Shown here in pieces: positions 54,915 to 63,998 of a stretch of DNA of 64,000 nt. Position numbers and translations under genes: made by a program. Within the stretch, counting starts at the first letter, position 1; every line of letters begins with the position of its first letter. The stretch spans positions 760 through 64,759 of the forward strand of contig DATALJ010000205.1 in assembly GCA_036261135.1 (NCBI GenBank), in the 5' to 3' direction. The notes below the pieces were generated by a model that was not told the DNA's origin, ran no database searches, and was given only the letters and a program-made list of their open reading frames with translations. Source of the DNA: Bacteroidales bacterium. GTDB lineage: Bacteria; Bacteroidota; Bacteroidia; Bacteroidales; JAAUTT01.

Positions 54915-55931
54915 CTATTGTTGTGCACAATTTTGTTCATAAATTGCTGCAACATTGCGGATTGTTTGCTCTATAGGCGTAAAAGAATACCCTATGGTTT
55001 TCGTTAATTTAGTGCTGTCATAAAAGGATTTTGCATAGGCAATATGCGTGGTTTCCTTTGTAATACGGGGGGATTTGCCTGTTAACATACCCAGCGCAGC
55101 TTCCAACCGCCTCAATAGTTCGGCTTTCCACCGTGCCAATTGCTTTTGAGGAATGGGCTTGTTCAGTGCAGCTGCTACATAATCGAAAAACTGCTTATAG
55201 GTAAGATTTTCAGCCGAAACAGTAAAACGTTCGTTTACGATGTCGCTCTCCATCAGTTGCACCATTACATTTACGAGATCACGTACATCGACATAACCTG
55301 TAACTCCGGTTGTATAATAATCAAACCCTTTGTCTATAAGACTGAATAACAATGGGCTGCCATTGGTCCAATCACCCGGACCCAGGATTACCGAAGGATT
55401 AACAATTACCGCATTCATTCCCTCGGTTATTCCCCTCCAAACCTCCATCTCTGAATGATATTTACTCAGTGAATAGGCAGAAACATTTTTGGATGGTTTC
55501 CATAGCAGATCCTCAGTAATAGCCATTCCTGGCTCGCTTTGACCAAGTGCTCCTATAGAGCTCACATGGCAGAACTTCTCTATACCTCTCTCCAAACAAA
55601 GATTAACAAGATTAGCTGTTCCCCCGATATTTGTCTGCAAAACCTTCGCTTTATCTTTCTTTTTAAAAGAAACAAATGCAGCAGTATGATAAACCCTGGT
55701 AACACCATCAAGCGCAGCTTCGAGCGACTGTAAATCCAACAGATTGCCCTCCGCCCAAGTGATATTTTTCAGTAATTCCGATGGATTCTGGGTGTAGAAT
55801 GAAAAAGTTCTTGATATATTTTCTTTATTAGAAGTAGGCCGCAGTAATACTTTCACTTTGTATCCCCTGTTCAATAAATTAAACAACAGATGCGAACCAA
55901 CAAGACCTGTGCCTCCCGTAACTAAAATCAT
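54915..55931 (-). CDS. NAD-dependent epimerase/dehydratase (extended SDR)
   Basis: MILVTGGTGLVGSHL Rossmann motif at the ATG at 55931, and the catalytic YSLSK (YxxxK). The 33 codons upstream in ORF 54915-56030 are not SDR-like. Confidence 0.85.
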   Translation of the reverse strand: MILVTGGTGLVGSHLLFNLLNRGYKVKVLLRPTSNKENISRTFSFYTQNPSELLKNITWAEGNLLDLQSLEAALDGVTRVYHTAAFVSFKKKDKAKVLQTNIGGTANLVNLCLERGIEKFCHVSSIGALGQSEPGMAITEDLLWKPSKNVSAYSLSKYHSEMEVWRGITEGMNAVIVNPSVILGPGDWTNGSPLLFSLIDKGFDYYTTGVTGYVDVRDLVNVMVQLMESDIVNERFTVSAENLTYKQFFDYVAAALNKPIPQKQLARWKAELLRRLEAALGMLTGKSPRITKETTHIAYAKSFYDSTKLTKTIGYSFTPIEQTIRNVAAIYEQNCAQQ

Positions 55932-56078
55932 TCGGTATATTTTTTTGCAGATAGCTACAAATGTAGAAAAATAAAACTTAACAAAAACTTCATCTGCAAA
56001 ACGGGAATAATTACAATAAATAATTTTCATTTGCAGTGCAGAAAGGATTGTTATAATTTAGCAACAAAAAGAAAAGCT

Positions 56079-56669
56079 ATGTTTTCAGGAATTGTAGAAG
56101 AAGCCGCTACCGTGGTGAAATTGGTGAAAGAACAGGACAACCTTCACATAACCATGCAATGCTCATTTGTTGATGAATTAAAGATCGATCAGAGTATCGC
56201 ACACAATGGGGTTTGCCTCACTGTGGTAAACAAAGAAAATGACACATACACGGTAACCGCTATCAAAGAGACGTTATTAAAGTCAAATCTGGGATATTTA
56301 AAGATTGGCGACAAGGTGAATCTCGAAAGAAGTATGAAACTCAACGAACGGCTCGACGGGCATATTGTACAAGGCCATGTAGACCAGACAGGCAAATGTA
56401 CCAGTGTTGTGGAAGCAAACGGTTCGTGGTATTTCACATTCGAGTACGACAAAACAATGAATAATATTACCGTTGAAAAGGGATCCATTACTGTAAATGG
56501 CGTAAGTCTTACGGTTGTAAACTCACAACAGTCTTCTTTCCAGGTTGCCATTATACCGTATACATACGAACATACCAATTTCCATCAAATAAAGGAAGGA
56601 ACTGTTGTAAATCTCGAATTTGATATCATAGGCAAGTATGTAGCTAAATTACTCGCTCAACATCAATAA
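56079..56669 (+). CDS. ribE: Riboflavin synthase
   Basis: MFSGIVEE N-terminus and the duplicated lumazine-binding repeat (SIAHNGVCLTV / SITVNGVSLTV; NLE...DGHIVQGHVD). Confidence 0.93.
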   Translation: MFSGIVEEAATVVKLVKEQDNLHITMQCSFVDELKIDQSIAHNGVCLTVVNKENDTYTVTAIKETLLKSNLGYLKIGDKVNLERSMKLNERLDGHIVQGHVDQTGKCTSVVEANGSWYFTFEYDKTMNNITVEKGSITVNGVSLTVVNSQQSSFQVAIIPYTYEHTNFHQIKEGTVVNLEFDIIGKYVAKLLAQHQ

Positions 56670-56675
56670 AATTAT

Positions 56676-57719
56676 ATGACAGGAGGTTCCCCAAAGAAAG
56701 TAGCCCTCCGGATTACCCTGATTGCTACTTTAATTTTTAGCGTATCCATCATACTTGTATTAAAATACAGTAATACAACCTTATGGGTATTGCTCTGGGG
56801 CGCTGCGCTGTTTATTTCAATATTTCTGGTAAGCCTTTATTTTCTGAATGGGTTTATTGCTGAAAAAATCAATCCGCTGTACAAAACCATCTACAACGCA
56901 AATCTGCAAAAGCAGAAACTGGGCGACATGAATAAGGACGTTCTGTCCGAAGTAAAGGAAAACGTTGAAAACTGGGCAAACGACAAAACCAAGGAAATCG
57001 TCCAGCTCAAACAACTCGAAAAGTACCGTCGCGAATTCCTCGGCAACGTTTCGCATGAGCTCAAAACGCCTATTTTCAACATACAGGGATATATTCTTAC
57101 ATTGCTTGATGGTGGGCTCGAGGATCCTACCATTAACAAAGCCTACCTTGAACGTACGGAAAAAAGTATCAACCGGATGATCAACATTGTAGAAGATCTG
57201 GAATCCATATCGCGCCTTGAATCCGGCGAATTGAAACTTGAATTCGAGGACTTCGACATCATTGCCTTAATCGAGGATGTATTCGAAATGCAGGAAATGC
57301 TGGCCAATAAGTACTATATAGCACTCGAATTTGCCACCAATTCCCCACGTTCGATCAAAGTGAATGCCGATAAGAAAAGAATAACCGAGGTACTGAACAA
57401 TCTGGTTGTTAACTCAATAAAATACGGACGACAGGGTGGTAAAACAACTGTTTCGTTTTACGATATCGGCGACCAGGTTATGATTGAAGTTGCTGACACA
57501 GGAATTGGAATCAACGATAAAGACATTACCCGCATTTTCGAAAGGTTCTACAGAACGGACAAAAGCAGATCGCGCGACCAGGGCGGAACAGGGCTTGGAC
57601 TCTCTATCGTAAAGCACATCATTGAAGCGCATGAGCAAACGATTAACGTAAGATCCAGGATGGGAGAAGGCTCTTCTTTTACTTTTACATTGAATAAAGC
57701 AAAAAAAAGCGGGTCCTAA
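56676..57719 (+). CDS. Sensor histidine kinase (PhoR/BaeS-like HisKA + HATPase_c), no adjacent response regulator
   Basis: Two TM helices, the H-box FLGNVSHELKTPIFNIQGY, an N-box LNNLVVNSIKYG, and G-boxes DTGIGI and GGTGLGLSIVK. Confidence 0.88.
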   Translation: MTGGSPKKVALRITLIATLIFSVSIILVLKYSNTTLWVLLWGAALFISIFLVSLYFLNGFIAEKINPLYKTIYNANLQKQKLGDMNKDVLSEVKENVENWANDKTKEIVQLKQLEKYRREFLGNVSHELKTPIFNIQGYILTLLDGGLEDPTINKAYLERTEKSINRMINIVEDLESISRLESGELKLEFEDFDIIALIEDVFEMQEMLANKYYIALEFATNSPRSIKVNADKKRITEVLNNLVVNSIKYGRQGGKTTVSFYDIGDQVMIEVADTGIGINDKDITRIFERFYRTDKSRSRDQGGTGLGLSIVKHIIEAHEQTINVRSRMGEGSSFTFTLNKAKKSGS

Positions 57720-58495
57720 CCATTTACTTGTGTGTTTATGCCTATAGCATTTACAAGCTTCGCAATCGCTTTTAACTCATCAACAGGAACTTTCCGAAGG
57801 CCTTCGTAAGGAGTATCTCTCTCAATAGTATATATCATCACCATCTCGGGCCGAATTTGCTTTAAGCTCTCAATCCAGGCAGTAATATCTGCCTCTGTAG
57901 TATTGTCAATTTTATTGTTTCCAATAGTTCCACGGGTAAATAGCGACTGTATGATCAGTTTGCCTTTAAATTGCTGAAATTGATCAATCAATTTACTAAC
58001 AGATAACGATTTAGCAGGTTGATTAATGTGATTTATAGATGATTCGAGCCCCGAATCAAGCTTCAATATGCTCTGATCGGCTTTTAACAAGGCCTTTACA
58101 ATATCTTGCTTATGAAGCATTGTAGCATTCGATAATACCGATATTTTAGCCTTGGGGAAATACATATCTCTCACGGCAATTGTATCGTCAATTATTCCAG
58201 CAAATTGCGGATGTATAGTAGGTTCTCCGTTGCCTGCAAATGTAATTACGTCGGGAGCCTGGGCGTTGACTTTCATCTCATCGAGTTTTTGGCGCAAAGC
58301 AGAAGAAACCATTTCACGTGTAGGCAGTTTCTCATCAACACTGGTACCAGGCGTATTAAGCCCGCACTCACAATATACACAATCGAAATTGCATATTTTA
58401 CGGTGTAACGGAAGCAGGTTGATCCCCAGAGAAACCCCAAGCCGCCTGCTTTTTACAGGACCAAAAACAATTTTATCGAACAAAAAAGTAGCCAA
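57716..58495 (-). CDS. Radical SAM protein
   Basis: FGPVKSRRLGVSLGINLLP...CNFDCVYCECG gives the CxxxCxxC radical SAM cluster motif near the N-terminus. The subfamily is not identifiable by eye. Confidence 0.85.
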   Translation of the reverse strand: MATFLFDKIVFGPVKSRRLGVSLGINLLPLHRKICNFDCVYCECGLNTPGTSVDEKLPTREMVSSALRQKLDEMKVNAQAPDVITFAGNGEPTIHPQFAGIIDDTIAVRDMYFPKAKISVLSNATMLHKQDIVKALLKADQSILKLDSGLESSINHINQPAKSLSVSKLIDQFQQFKGKLIIQSLFTRGTIGNNKIDNTTEADITAWIESLKQIRPEMVMIYTIERDTPYEGLRKVPVDELKAIAKLVNAIGINTQVNG

Positions 58496-58533
58496 TGGTA
58501 AAAAGAATTAATTTCAGGCAAAAATAACTGTTT

Positions 58534-59148
58534 CTAAACGATTACCCTAATAGAACTTGTTTCTGATAAACTCATGGAAGCATAGTCAACTCCTGAAATC
58601 ACATTTAATCCGGGTTGCTTATTAGGGGCAATAGTTCCATATATGGCATCAATACCCATACATAGCGCAGGGTTAATTGTGGACCATTTCAGGAGATAAG
58701 CAAAATCAATTGCTCCAGTTAAAGCCAACTTACGAATACTCCTGAAAATAGATGATTGAAAATTTGCCGGATCAGCATCAAATGTAAGAATGATATGTGC
58801 TCCTTGATGCTCCAGCGTCAACAAACGAGCAACCTCGTCGTTATCAAAAAAAACGGGATTCTCTATAATCAGGAATTGAAAGGATCCGAATAATTCCCCG
58901 TGCAGCCCATCTTTTAAACCATCTGAAAATATCCGTACTGCATTGGTCTTAACTTGCAGCAAGTCCACATCGACAAAACCAGGAATTATAATCCCATTAA
59001 AGAATTCGAGACTTTCAGATTCCTCCGGAATTCCTTTATTATCCTTAACACTAGTAATAACCCCATTTTGGGAGAAAGTAACAACGCCAAATTTCAGAAA
59101 GGTTTCCCTATTGAGGTAAATATAGTGTGCTGATATTTTGCGGGTCAT
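58534..59148 (-). CDS. Short amidohydrolase-like protein lacking the catalytic barrel core (hypothetical)
   Basis: 204 aa. The N-terminus resembles the amidohydrolase beta-sandwich lead-in (GVITSV...FFNGIIIPGFVDVDL), and the C-terminus resembles the closing segment (WSTINPALCMGIDAIYGTIAPNKQPGLNVISG). The HxH metal motif is replaced by DVD, and the middle (about 200 aa) is missing. Confidence 0.5.
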   Translation of the reverse strand: MTRKISAHYIYLNRETFLKFGVVTFSQNGVITSVKDNKGIPEESESLEFFNGIIIPGFVDVDLLQVKTNAVRIFSDGLKDGLHGELFGSFQFLIIENPVFFDNDEVARLLTLEHQGAHIILTFDADPANFQSSIFRSIRKLALTGAIDFAYLLKWSTINPALCMGIDAIYGTIAPNKQPGLNVISGVDYASMSLSETSSIRVIV

Positions 59149-59906
59149 TGGGCTCTTTCCCTCAAATTCCTGCGGATAGCAATCATTTTCACTTCAATAT
59201 CGCGGTGGATCGATCCGGCAGATTGGTCATAATCCAGAATCCATCCTCTTAGGCGTTTTACTTTTTTATCAGAAAGAAATTTAGACGTAGAGTATATTGC
59301 AAATCGCTTCCCTGGCTCATAGGTAGCTTCAGGAAAGTAGTCCGTATGTTCTTTATTGGAAGCGCTATCTTTGTAATAGTAAAAGGCTGTAATCCGGAGA
59401 TCCTTTGACTTGTCATCCAAACCCTTCTTAGCAAAAACAAGAATGGTGTATTCTCCCGAATCCTGAACAGCTATATCGAATGGAACCCTTTTGGTAGGGC
59501 CATCTTTAGGTAAGATCCACCGTTTTTTGCCAGTATACAAGTTCGAAATGGAATCATCCATCAAACCCAACTGTGAATTCATGTGCTCCAGCTTATTAAA
59601 CTCGGTAACAATGTCGCCGTAAATTCTATCCAGCTTTTCAGGATTGTCGGTATAAAACTTCAAGGTACTGTCAAATTGGGCAAAAGTATAACCATGTTCC
59701 TTAAGGATGTCGTTATAAAAGTTAAAACTATCGTTATGGAACGTTATATATCGGCTATTAACCATGTACAGCCCATCCGCTAAATGGAAATCGCAGATTA
59801 TTTCTTTAAAATCTTCGGCAGGAATAAAATAACTATTTTCTTTCTTTCTGCACCCAAACAATAAAACACTGGCGGCGCTAACCAACAACAAAAATCTAAA
59901 CATCAA
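59145..59906 (-). CDS. Lipoprotein with N-terminal DUF4296 domain
   Basis: Lipobox LLFGC. IPAEDFKEIICDFHLADG...HGYTFAQFDSTLKFYTDNPEKLDRIYGDIVTEFNKL matches the DUF4296 pattern as I remember it (D.hl.e...F.sSl.YY..npe.l..IY..V). An extra unassigned C-terminal region is present. Confidence 0.7.
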   Translation of the reverse strand: MMFRFLLLVSAASVLLFGCRKKENSYFIPAEDFKEIICDFHLADGLYMVNSRYITFHNDSFNFYNDILKEHGYTFAQFDSTLKFYTDNPEKLDRIYGDIVTEFNKLEHMNSQLGLMDDSISNLYTGKKRWILPKDGPTKRVPFDIAVQDSGEYTILVFAKKGLDDKSKDLRITAFYYYKDSASNKEHTDYFPEATYEPGKRFAIYSTSKFLSDKKVKRLRGWILDYDQSAGSIHRDIEVKMIAIRRNLRERAQ

Positions 59907-59911
59907 TCTTT

Positions 59912-60832
59912 TTATTTTCTCGATAATTTCTTCCTATTATCAAAATTAAAGCCAAAAAAAACCTCGTGCGAACCGGCATTGTATCTTCTTATGTCAGTTA
60001 CTGCCAAATCAAAGGAATAGCCAACAAATATTTTTTTGTCATGTACATAACCAATGGCAATAGAAATGGCGTCCTGAGATCTGAACGACAGTCCACCCCA
60101 AAAAGTTTTCTGGTAAATCGCTTTTGTATAAAGCTCCACCTGAAATGGTGCCGGAACAACTTTTTTAACCACCATTCCCGGCTCAATCTGCCATTTTTTG
60201 TCAATCTTGAAAATATATCCTCCCATCAGGTAAAAATGGCTTGTTAATTTATTAACCCCCACTTCGCTTTCCGTAAGGTTAATTTTGTTATTTAAAAGCT
60301 GATTAGCCGAAAACCCAACATAATATTGATTACACCATAAGTATACCCCAACCGATGCATCAGGAAGGAATTTGGTATATACCGACTTACCCAGTGCATT
60401 ATCCGTAACTCCCGACCAGTCGTCGTGCAGATCAATTTTAGTTCCATCAATTTTGTACTGCATCAATCCTAAGGACAATCCCATAGACAAGGTAAGATCT
60501 GCATTAACAGAAATCTGGTAAGCATACACCCCATTAACCCCTGTTCTGCTCTCTGGGCCAGCAACGTCGTTATAAATTGTACCCCCATAACCCATTGGTT
60601 TCTTTTTATGGGGACCATATGCACTAATTGAGTTTGTTATAGGTGCATCTTTAAACCCAACCCACTGGAACCGATGATTCGATCGAATCTGAAAATAGGG
60701 GGCCGTACCAGCCAATGCAGGGTTATAAATAAATGGGTTCATCATGAATAGTGTGTAATTGGGACTTTGCTGCCCATAACCAGACCAGCATAATGCCATG
60801 ATGAAAAACGAAATGAGGAGGTATTTTTTCAT
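59912..60832 (-). CDS. PorP/SprF-family T9SS outer-membrane protein
   Basis: MKKYLLISFFIMALCWSGYGQQSPNYTLFMMNPFIYNPALAG (PorP/SprF N-terminus) and the C-terminal YNAGSHEVFFGF motif. The ORF is open up to 60925 (4 nt after the upstream stop). The ATG at 60832 gives a canonical signal peptide, so the start is uncertain. Confidence 0.85.
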   Translation of the reverse strand: MKKYLLISFFIMALCWSGYGQQSPNYTLFMMNPFIYNPALAGTAPYFQIRSNHRFQWVGFKDAPITNSISAYGPHKKKPMGYGGTIYNDVAGPESRTGVNGVYAYQISVNADLTLSMGLSLGLMQYKIDGTKIDLHDDWSGVTDNALGKSVYTKFLPDASVGVYLWCNQYYVGFSANQLLNNKINLTESEVGVNKLTSHFYLMGGYIFKIDKKWQIEPGMVVKKVVPAPFQVELYTKAIYQKTFWGGLSFRSQDAISIAIGYVHDKKIFVGYSFDLAVTDIRRYNAGSHEVFFGFNFDNRKKLSRK

Positions 60833-60929
60833 TCGTATGGTTTTATTTTCTAAGGGTCTAACAGAGCCTGTATGCCCCTTTGGAGCATACAGGTTTTTAT
60901 TTGGGTTTATATTTATTCGGTTCATAGCG

Positions 60930-63900
60930 CTATCTCACAATCGTTACAGTTCCTGTCATTTTGGAATCCTTCGTCGGGAAGATTACATAATAGTAGGTAC
61001 CCATAGGCAGAGGTCTTCCATTGCGAGTTCCATCCCAGGCAGTTGACAATGAATAGCCACCTTGTTCAAATACTTTTTGTCCCCACCGATTAAATACCTG
61101 TACCAACATATCCGGGTACTGATCGGCATAATCGATTTCCCAAACATCGTTTACACCATCGCCATTAGGAGTAAAGCCTGAAGGAACTTTAAGGTAATCC
61201 GAAACAATGTATACCGTATCAGTTACATAGCACAGTTCTGCTGTAATACCTGTAACATGATATATGATACTGCTCTCAGGCCGTACAATCGGAGCAAATG
61301 TATTAGCATTATTTAAATATGTTGCAGGATTCCAGATACAACCAACAAAACTAGTATCATTGGCAAATAGTTGCATTTCTCCTCCCGGAACAATTACAAA
61401 TGTATCAGGACTAATAATCTGTGGCACTTTAACAACATCTATTTTAGTTGTAGTACTGTCATAGCATCCATAGTAATTATCCTCTGCTATCAATAAATAC
61501 TCCATTGGTTTAGAAATATTTACAATTGGAGATTCAGAAGTAGGATCGTTCAATCCGATCGATGGAACCCATCTATACTTGTCTGCTCGAGCATTATTCT
61601 GAAGCGAAAGCCGATAATCTGTATTTGGGCAAATCTTTCCAAGGGGTACAATATTCAAATACATATCTCTGACATACCAAACTGTGTCTTCTATGATTCT
61701 TTGACACTGATTATCCTTCCCATAGGTTACAGTTACCGAATATGGCCCTGAACTAAGATTATGGATAGAACTTGTTGTTTTACCATTTGACCAGTTGAAG
61801 GTATAATTGGTATAATCCGGTGAAGTAACCAGTTCTAATGATCCATAGTGGCCCCGTCGGCTAAACCGTGCGCATGTATCCTTTGTTGATATGGAATAAG
61901 TGTATCCTGAAGGAAGCCCTGGAATAATAGTATCCTTCGCAAAGATTCTTCCATTATTATCTTCAACATAAATTGAATAATGTCCCTGAGTTAAGTCAAT
62001 ATAACTTTGTGTGGTTGATTTTAGCCAGCTAGTATCTTTGGATGTTATAAAATACCTGGCAGAATCAACACCAGCATCAAGAATTATCAACGACATACCT
62101 GCTTTATTGTCATAGTCGCATTCAACCAGTGTGGTATCAATAATTACCTTCACATTCAATTTTGGCGCAATTGGAACCGTTACACTAATGGTATCCCTAC
62201 ATCCTATGGTGTTTTGTGCGTAGAAGGTATAAGTACCCTGATTAAGATTACCAAAAGTATGGGTACTATCCGTGGTACCAAACCAATCTGCTCCATTCTG
62301 CGAGAATGTAATTGGTTTATCAGGGCCTGTGGCTTTCAAGCTCACACTTCCTGGTTTCGATCCTTTTACCGGAACAATCCTATCTACTATGATATTTACA
62401 GGATCGGGAGCGCCAACATCTATCGGAGATGACTGAACCACGCAGGCATTGGTATCCCTAACGAATACAATATGAGATCCTTTTCCGAATAATACCAGAT
62501 CGGGTTCGCTGAAGTACTGAATACCATCTTTAGAATATTGGTAAGGCGCAACACCTCCAACAACAGCTACCATCATACGTGCAGAAACATTCTGATCGTA
62601 TGCGCACTTGTTCAAATCGGGTGGGAATAAAAGCTTAACAACTTCAAGTGCAGTAGCAGGTTGATTCAATATAGTTGAATCGTTAAATACTACTGTTCCG
62701 AATTCGTTATAAACCTTTATGTAATGCTTTCCTGCACTGAGGTTAACAAATACGCCACTATCATTTTGTACGGCGCCTTTATCCAAGTCGTAAAGGTAGG
62801 TTCCTGGTATACCAGCCGTAACCTTAATTCTACCCGAATTATCGTTATAACACTTCAGGTGAGTTACCGTTATAGTAAAATCAGCAAGATTAACAGGCAA
62901 TTCAATAAAGCAACGTTCTGCGTCCCTTACAAGAGCATAATATGTTCCATTGGTTAAACCAGTAAATGAATTATTAGCGCCAAAGCCCTGGATGCTATCT
63001 CTGTTGCTATCGAGGAAGGCATATTCCAAAGTTCCTGTACCGCCTGATGCAACAACATCCACTGTGTAGTTATTAGTAGCAACAAAGGTTATCACCGTGC
63101 TCCCCGAAATGGGCAGAGGTGCTGAAACAAAAGCGCTGTCTTTAAAGATACAGGTTCCGGGATTGCTTACATCCTTTGCATAAATAACATGCCATCCGGG
63201 AGTCAGATTCGTAAACTGATAGCTATATGAAGGAGCCTCAAGCGGATTATATGTTCCGGCCAAATTATCGATAGTTACTTCTATATTATCCTTATTACCA
63301 TCATCGTGCGTTGCAGATACGGTTATGGTACCGTCATTATTGGTATAACACTTGGTTACAGGTGTTACCGCAAATGGTTTATTGAAAATAATAGCAGGAT
63401 CAGCAATGATGTCTACAGGAGTTCCATAAGTTGCTGTACATCCATTACCATCAGTTATCATGGCTGTATAGGTTCCTCGAACTATTCCGCTTAATGAATC
63501 CTGAGCAGACTCGAAAGTGTCTGTAGTATTATAAATGGTATAAGTAAATGGAGCAGAACCTCCGCTTGTTTCGAATGTAACCCATCCATCAGCGTTGGAA
63601 GCGCAGGTTGTGAGCTTGCCACTTTTTACAAGATCGATTGTTAATGGCGTTGCTGGTTGTGTAATTACAACATCCAGATCAGGTAAAATACTGCACATAT
63701 TGGTATCACGAACAGCTACAGTATAGGTACCTGCTGCTAAACCGGTAAAGGTAGCTGTATCTTCCATGGTATATATGGTTTCTACATCAACCCCGGCTTG
63801 CTTCAGTGTAAATACATATTTTTTATTACCGCCTTCTGCTTTAATAACCACTGAGCCGGTGTTTCCACCATAACATACATTATGTGTAATGGCTTTTACT

Positions 63901-63998
63901 TCAGCCTTCAGAGTATCAGGAGCAACAATGTTGATTGTTGTATCCTTCGTACATCCATTTACATCGAAAATATGGAAGTTATACGTTCCGGCTCCCAA
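60930..63998 (-). CDS. Large SprB-repeat cell-surface protein with T9SS type-B CTD (N-terminus outside window)
   Basis: At least 1022 aa are open to the window edge. It contains repeated SprB-type modules (CYGGNTGSVVIKAEGGNKKYVFTL, CASNADGWVTFETSGGSAPFTYTIY, CYNDNSGRIKVTAG...). The C-terminus FTPNGDGVNDVWEI...VQVFNRWGQKVFE...WDGT...PMGTYYYVI...GTVTIVR is the type-B CTD. Confidence 0.9.
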   Translation of the reverse strand: MGAGTYNFHIFDVNGCTKDTTINIVAPDTLKAEVKAITHNVCYGGNTGSVVIKAEGGNKKYVFTLKQAGVDVETIYTMEDTATFTGLAAGTYTVAVRDTNMCSILPDLDVVITQPATPLTIDLVKSGKLTTCASNADGWVTFETSGGSAPFTYTIYNTTDTFESAQDSLSGIVRGTYTAMITDGNGCTATYGTPVDIIADPAIIFNKPFAVTPVTKCYTNNDGTITVSATHDDGNKDNIEVTIDNLAGTYNPLEAPSYSYQFTNLTPGWHVIYAKDVSNPGTCIFKDSAFVSAPLPISGSTVITFVATNNYTVDVVASGGTGTLEYAFLDSNRDSIQGFGANNSFTGLTNGTYYALVRDAERCFIELPVNLADFTITVTHLKCYNDNSGRIKVTAGIPGTYLYDLDKGAVQNDSGVFVNLSAGKHYIKVYNEFGTVVFNDSTILNQPATALEVVKLLFPPDLNKCAYDQNVSARMMVAVVGGVAPYQYSKDGIQYFSEPDLVLFGKGSHIVFVRDTNACVVQSSPIDVGAPDPVNIIVDRIVPVKGSKPGSVSLKATGPDKPITFSQNGADWFGTTDSTHTFGNLNQGTYTFYAQNTIGCRDTISVTVPIAPKLNVKVIIDTTLVECDYDNKAGMSLIILDAGVDSARYFITSKDTSWLKSTTQSYIDLTQGHYSIYVEDNNGRIFAKDTIIPGLPSGYTYSISTKDTCARFSRRGHYGSLELVTSPDYTNYTFNWSNGKTTSSIHNLSSGPYSVTVTYGKDNQCQRIIEDTVWYVRDMYLNIVPLGKICPNTDYRLSLQNNARADKYRWVPSIGLNDPTSESPIVNISKPMEYLLIAEDNYYGCYDSTTTKIDVVKVPQIISPDTFVIVPGGEMQLFANDTSFVGCIWNPATYLNNANTFAPIVRPESSIIYHVTGITAELCYVTDTVYIVSDYLKVPSGFTPNGDGVNDVWEIDYADQYPDMLVQVFNRWGQKVFEQGGYSLSTAWDGTRNGRPLPMGTYYYVIFPTKDSKMTGTVTIVR

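Noticed and set aside
55932-56078. Expected an FMN riboswitch upstream of ribE.
   Set aside because: The 147-nt spacer is AT-rich and lacks the conserved FMN-element helices and G-rich core. There is only a short 9-bp inverted repeat TTTGCAGAT/ATCTGCAAA (about 55943-56000), which is too weak to call.
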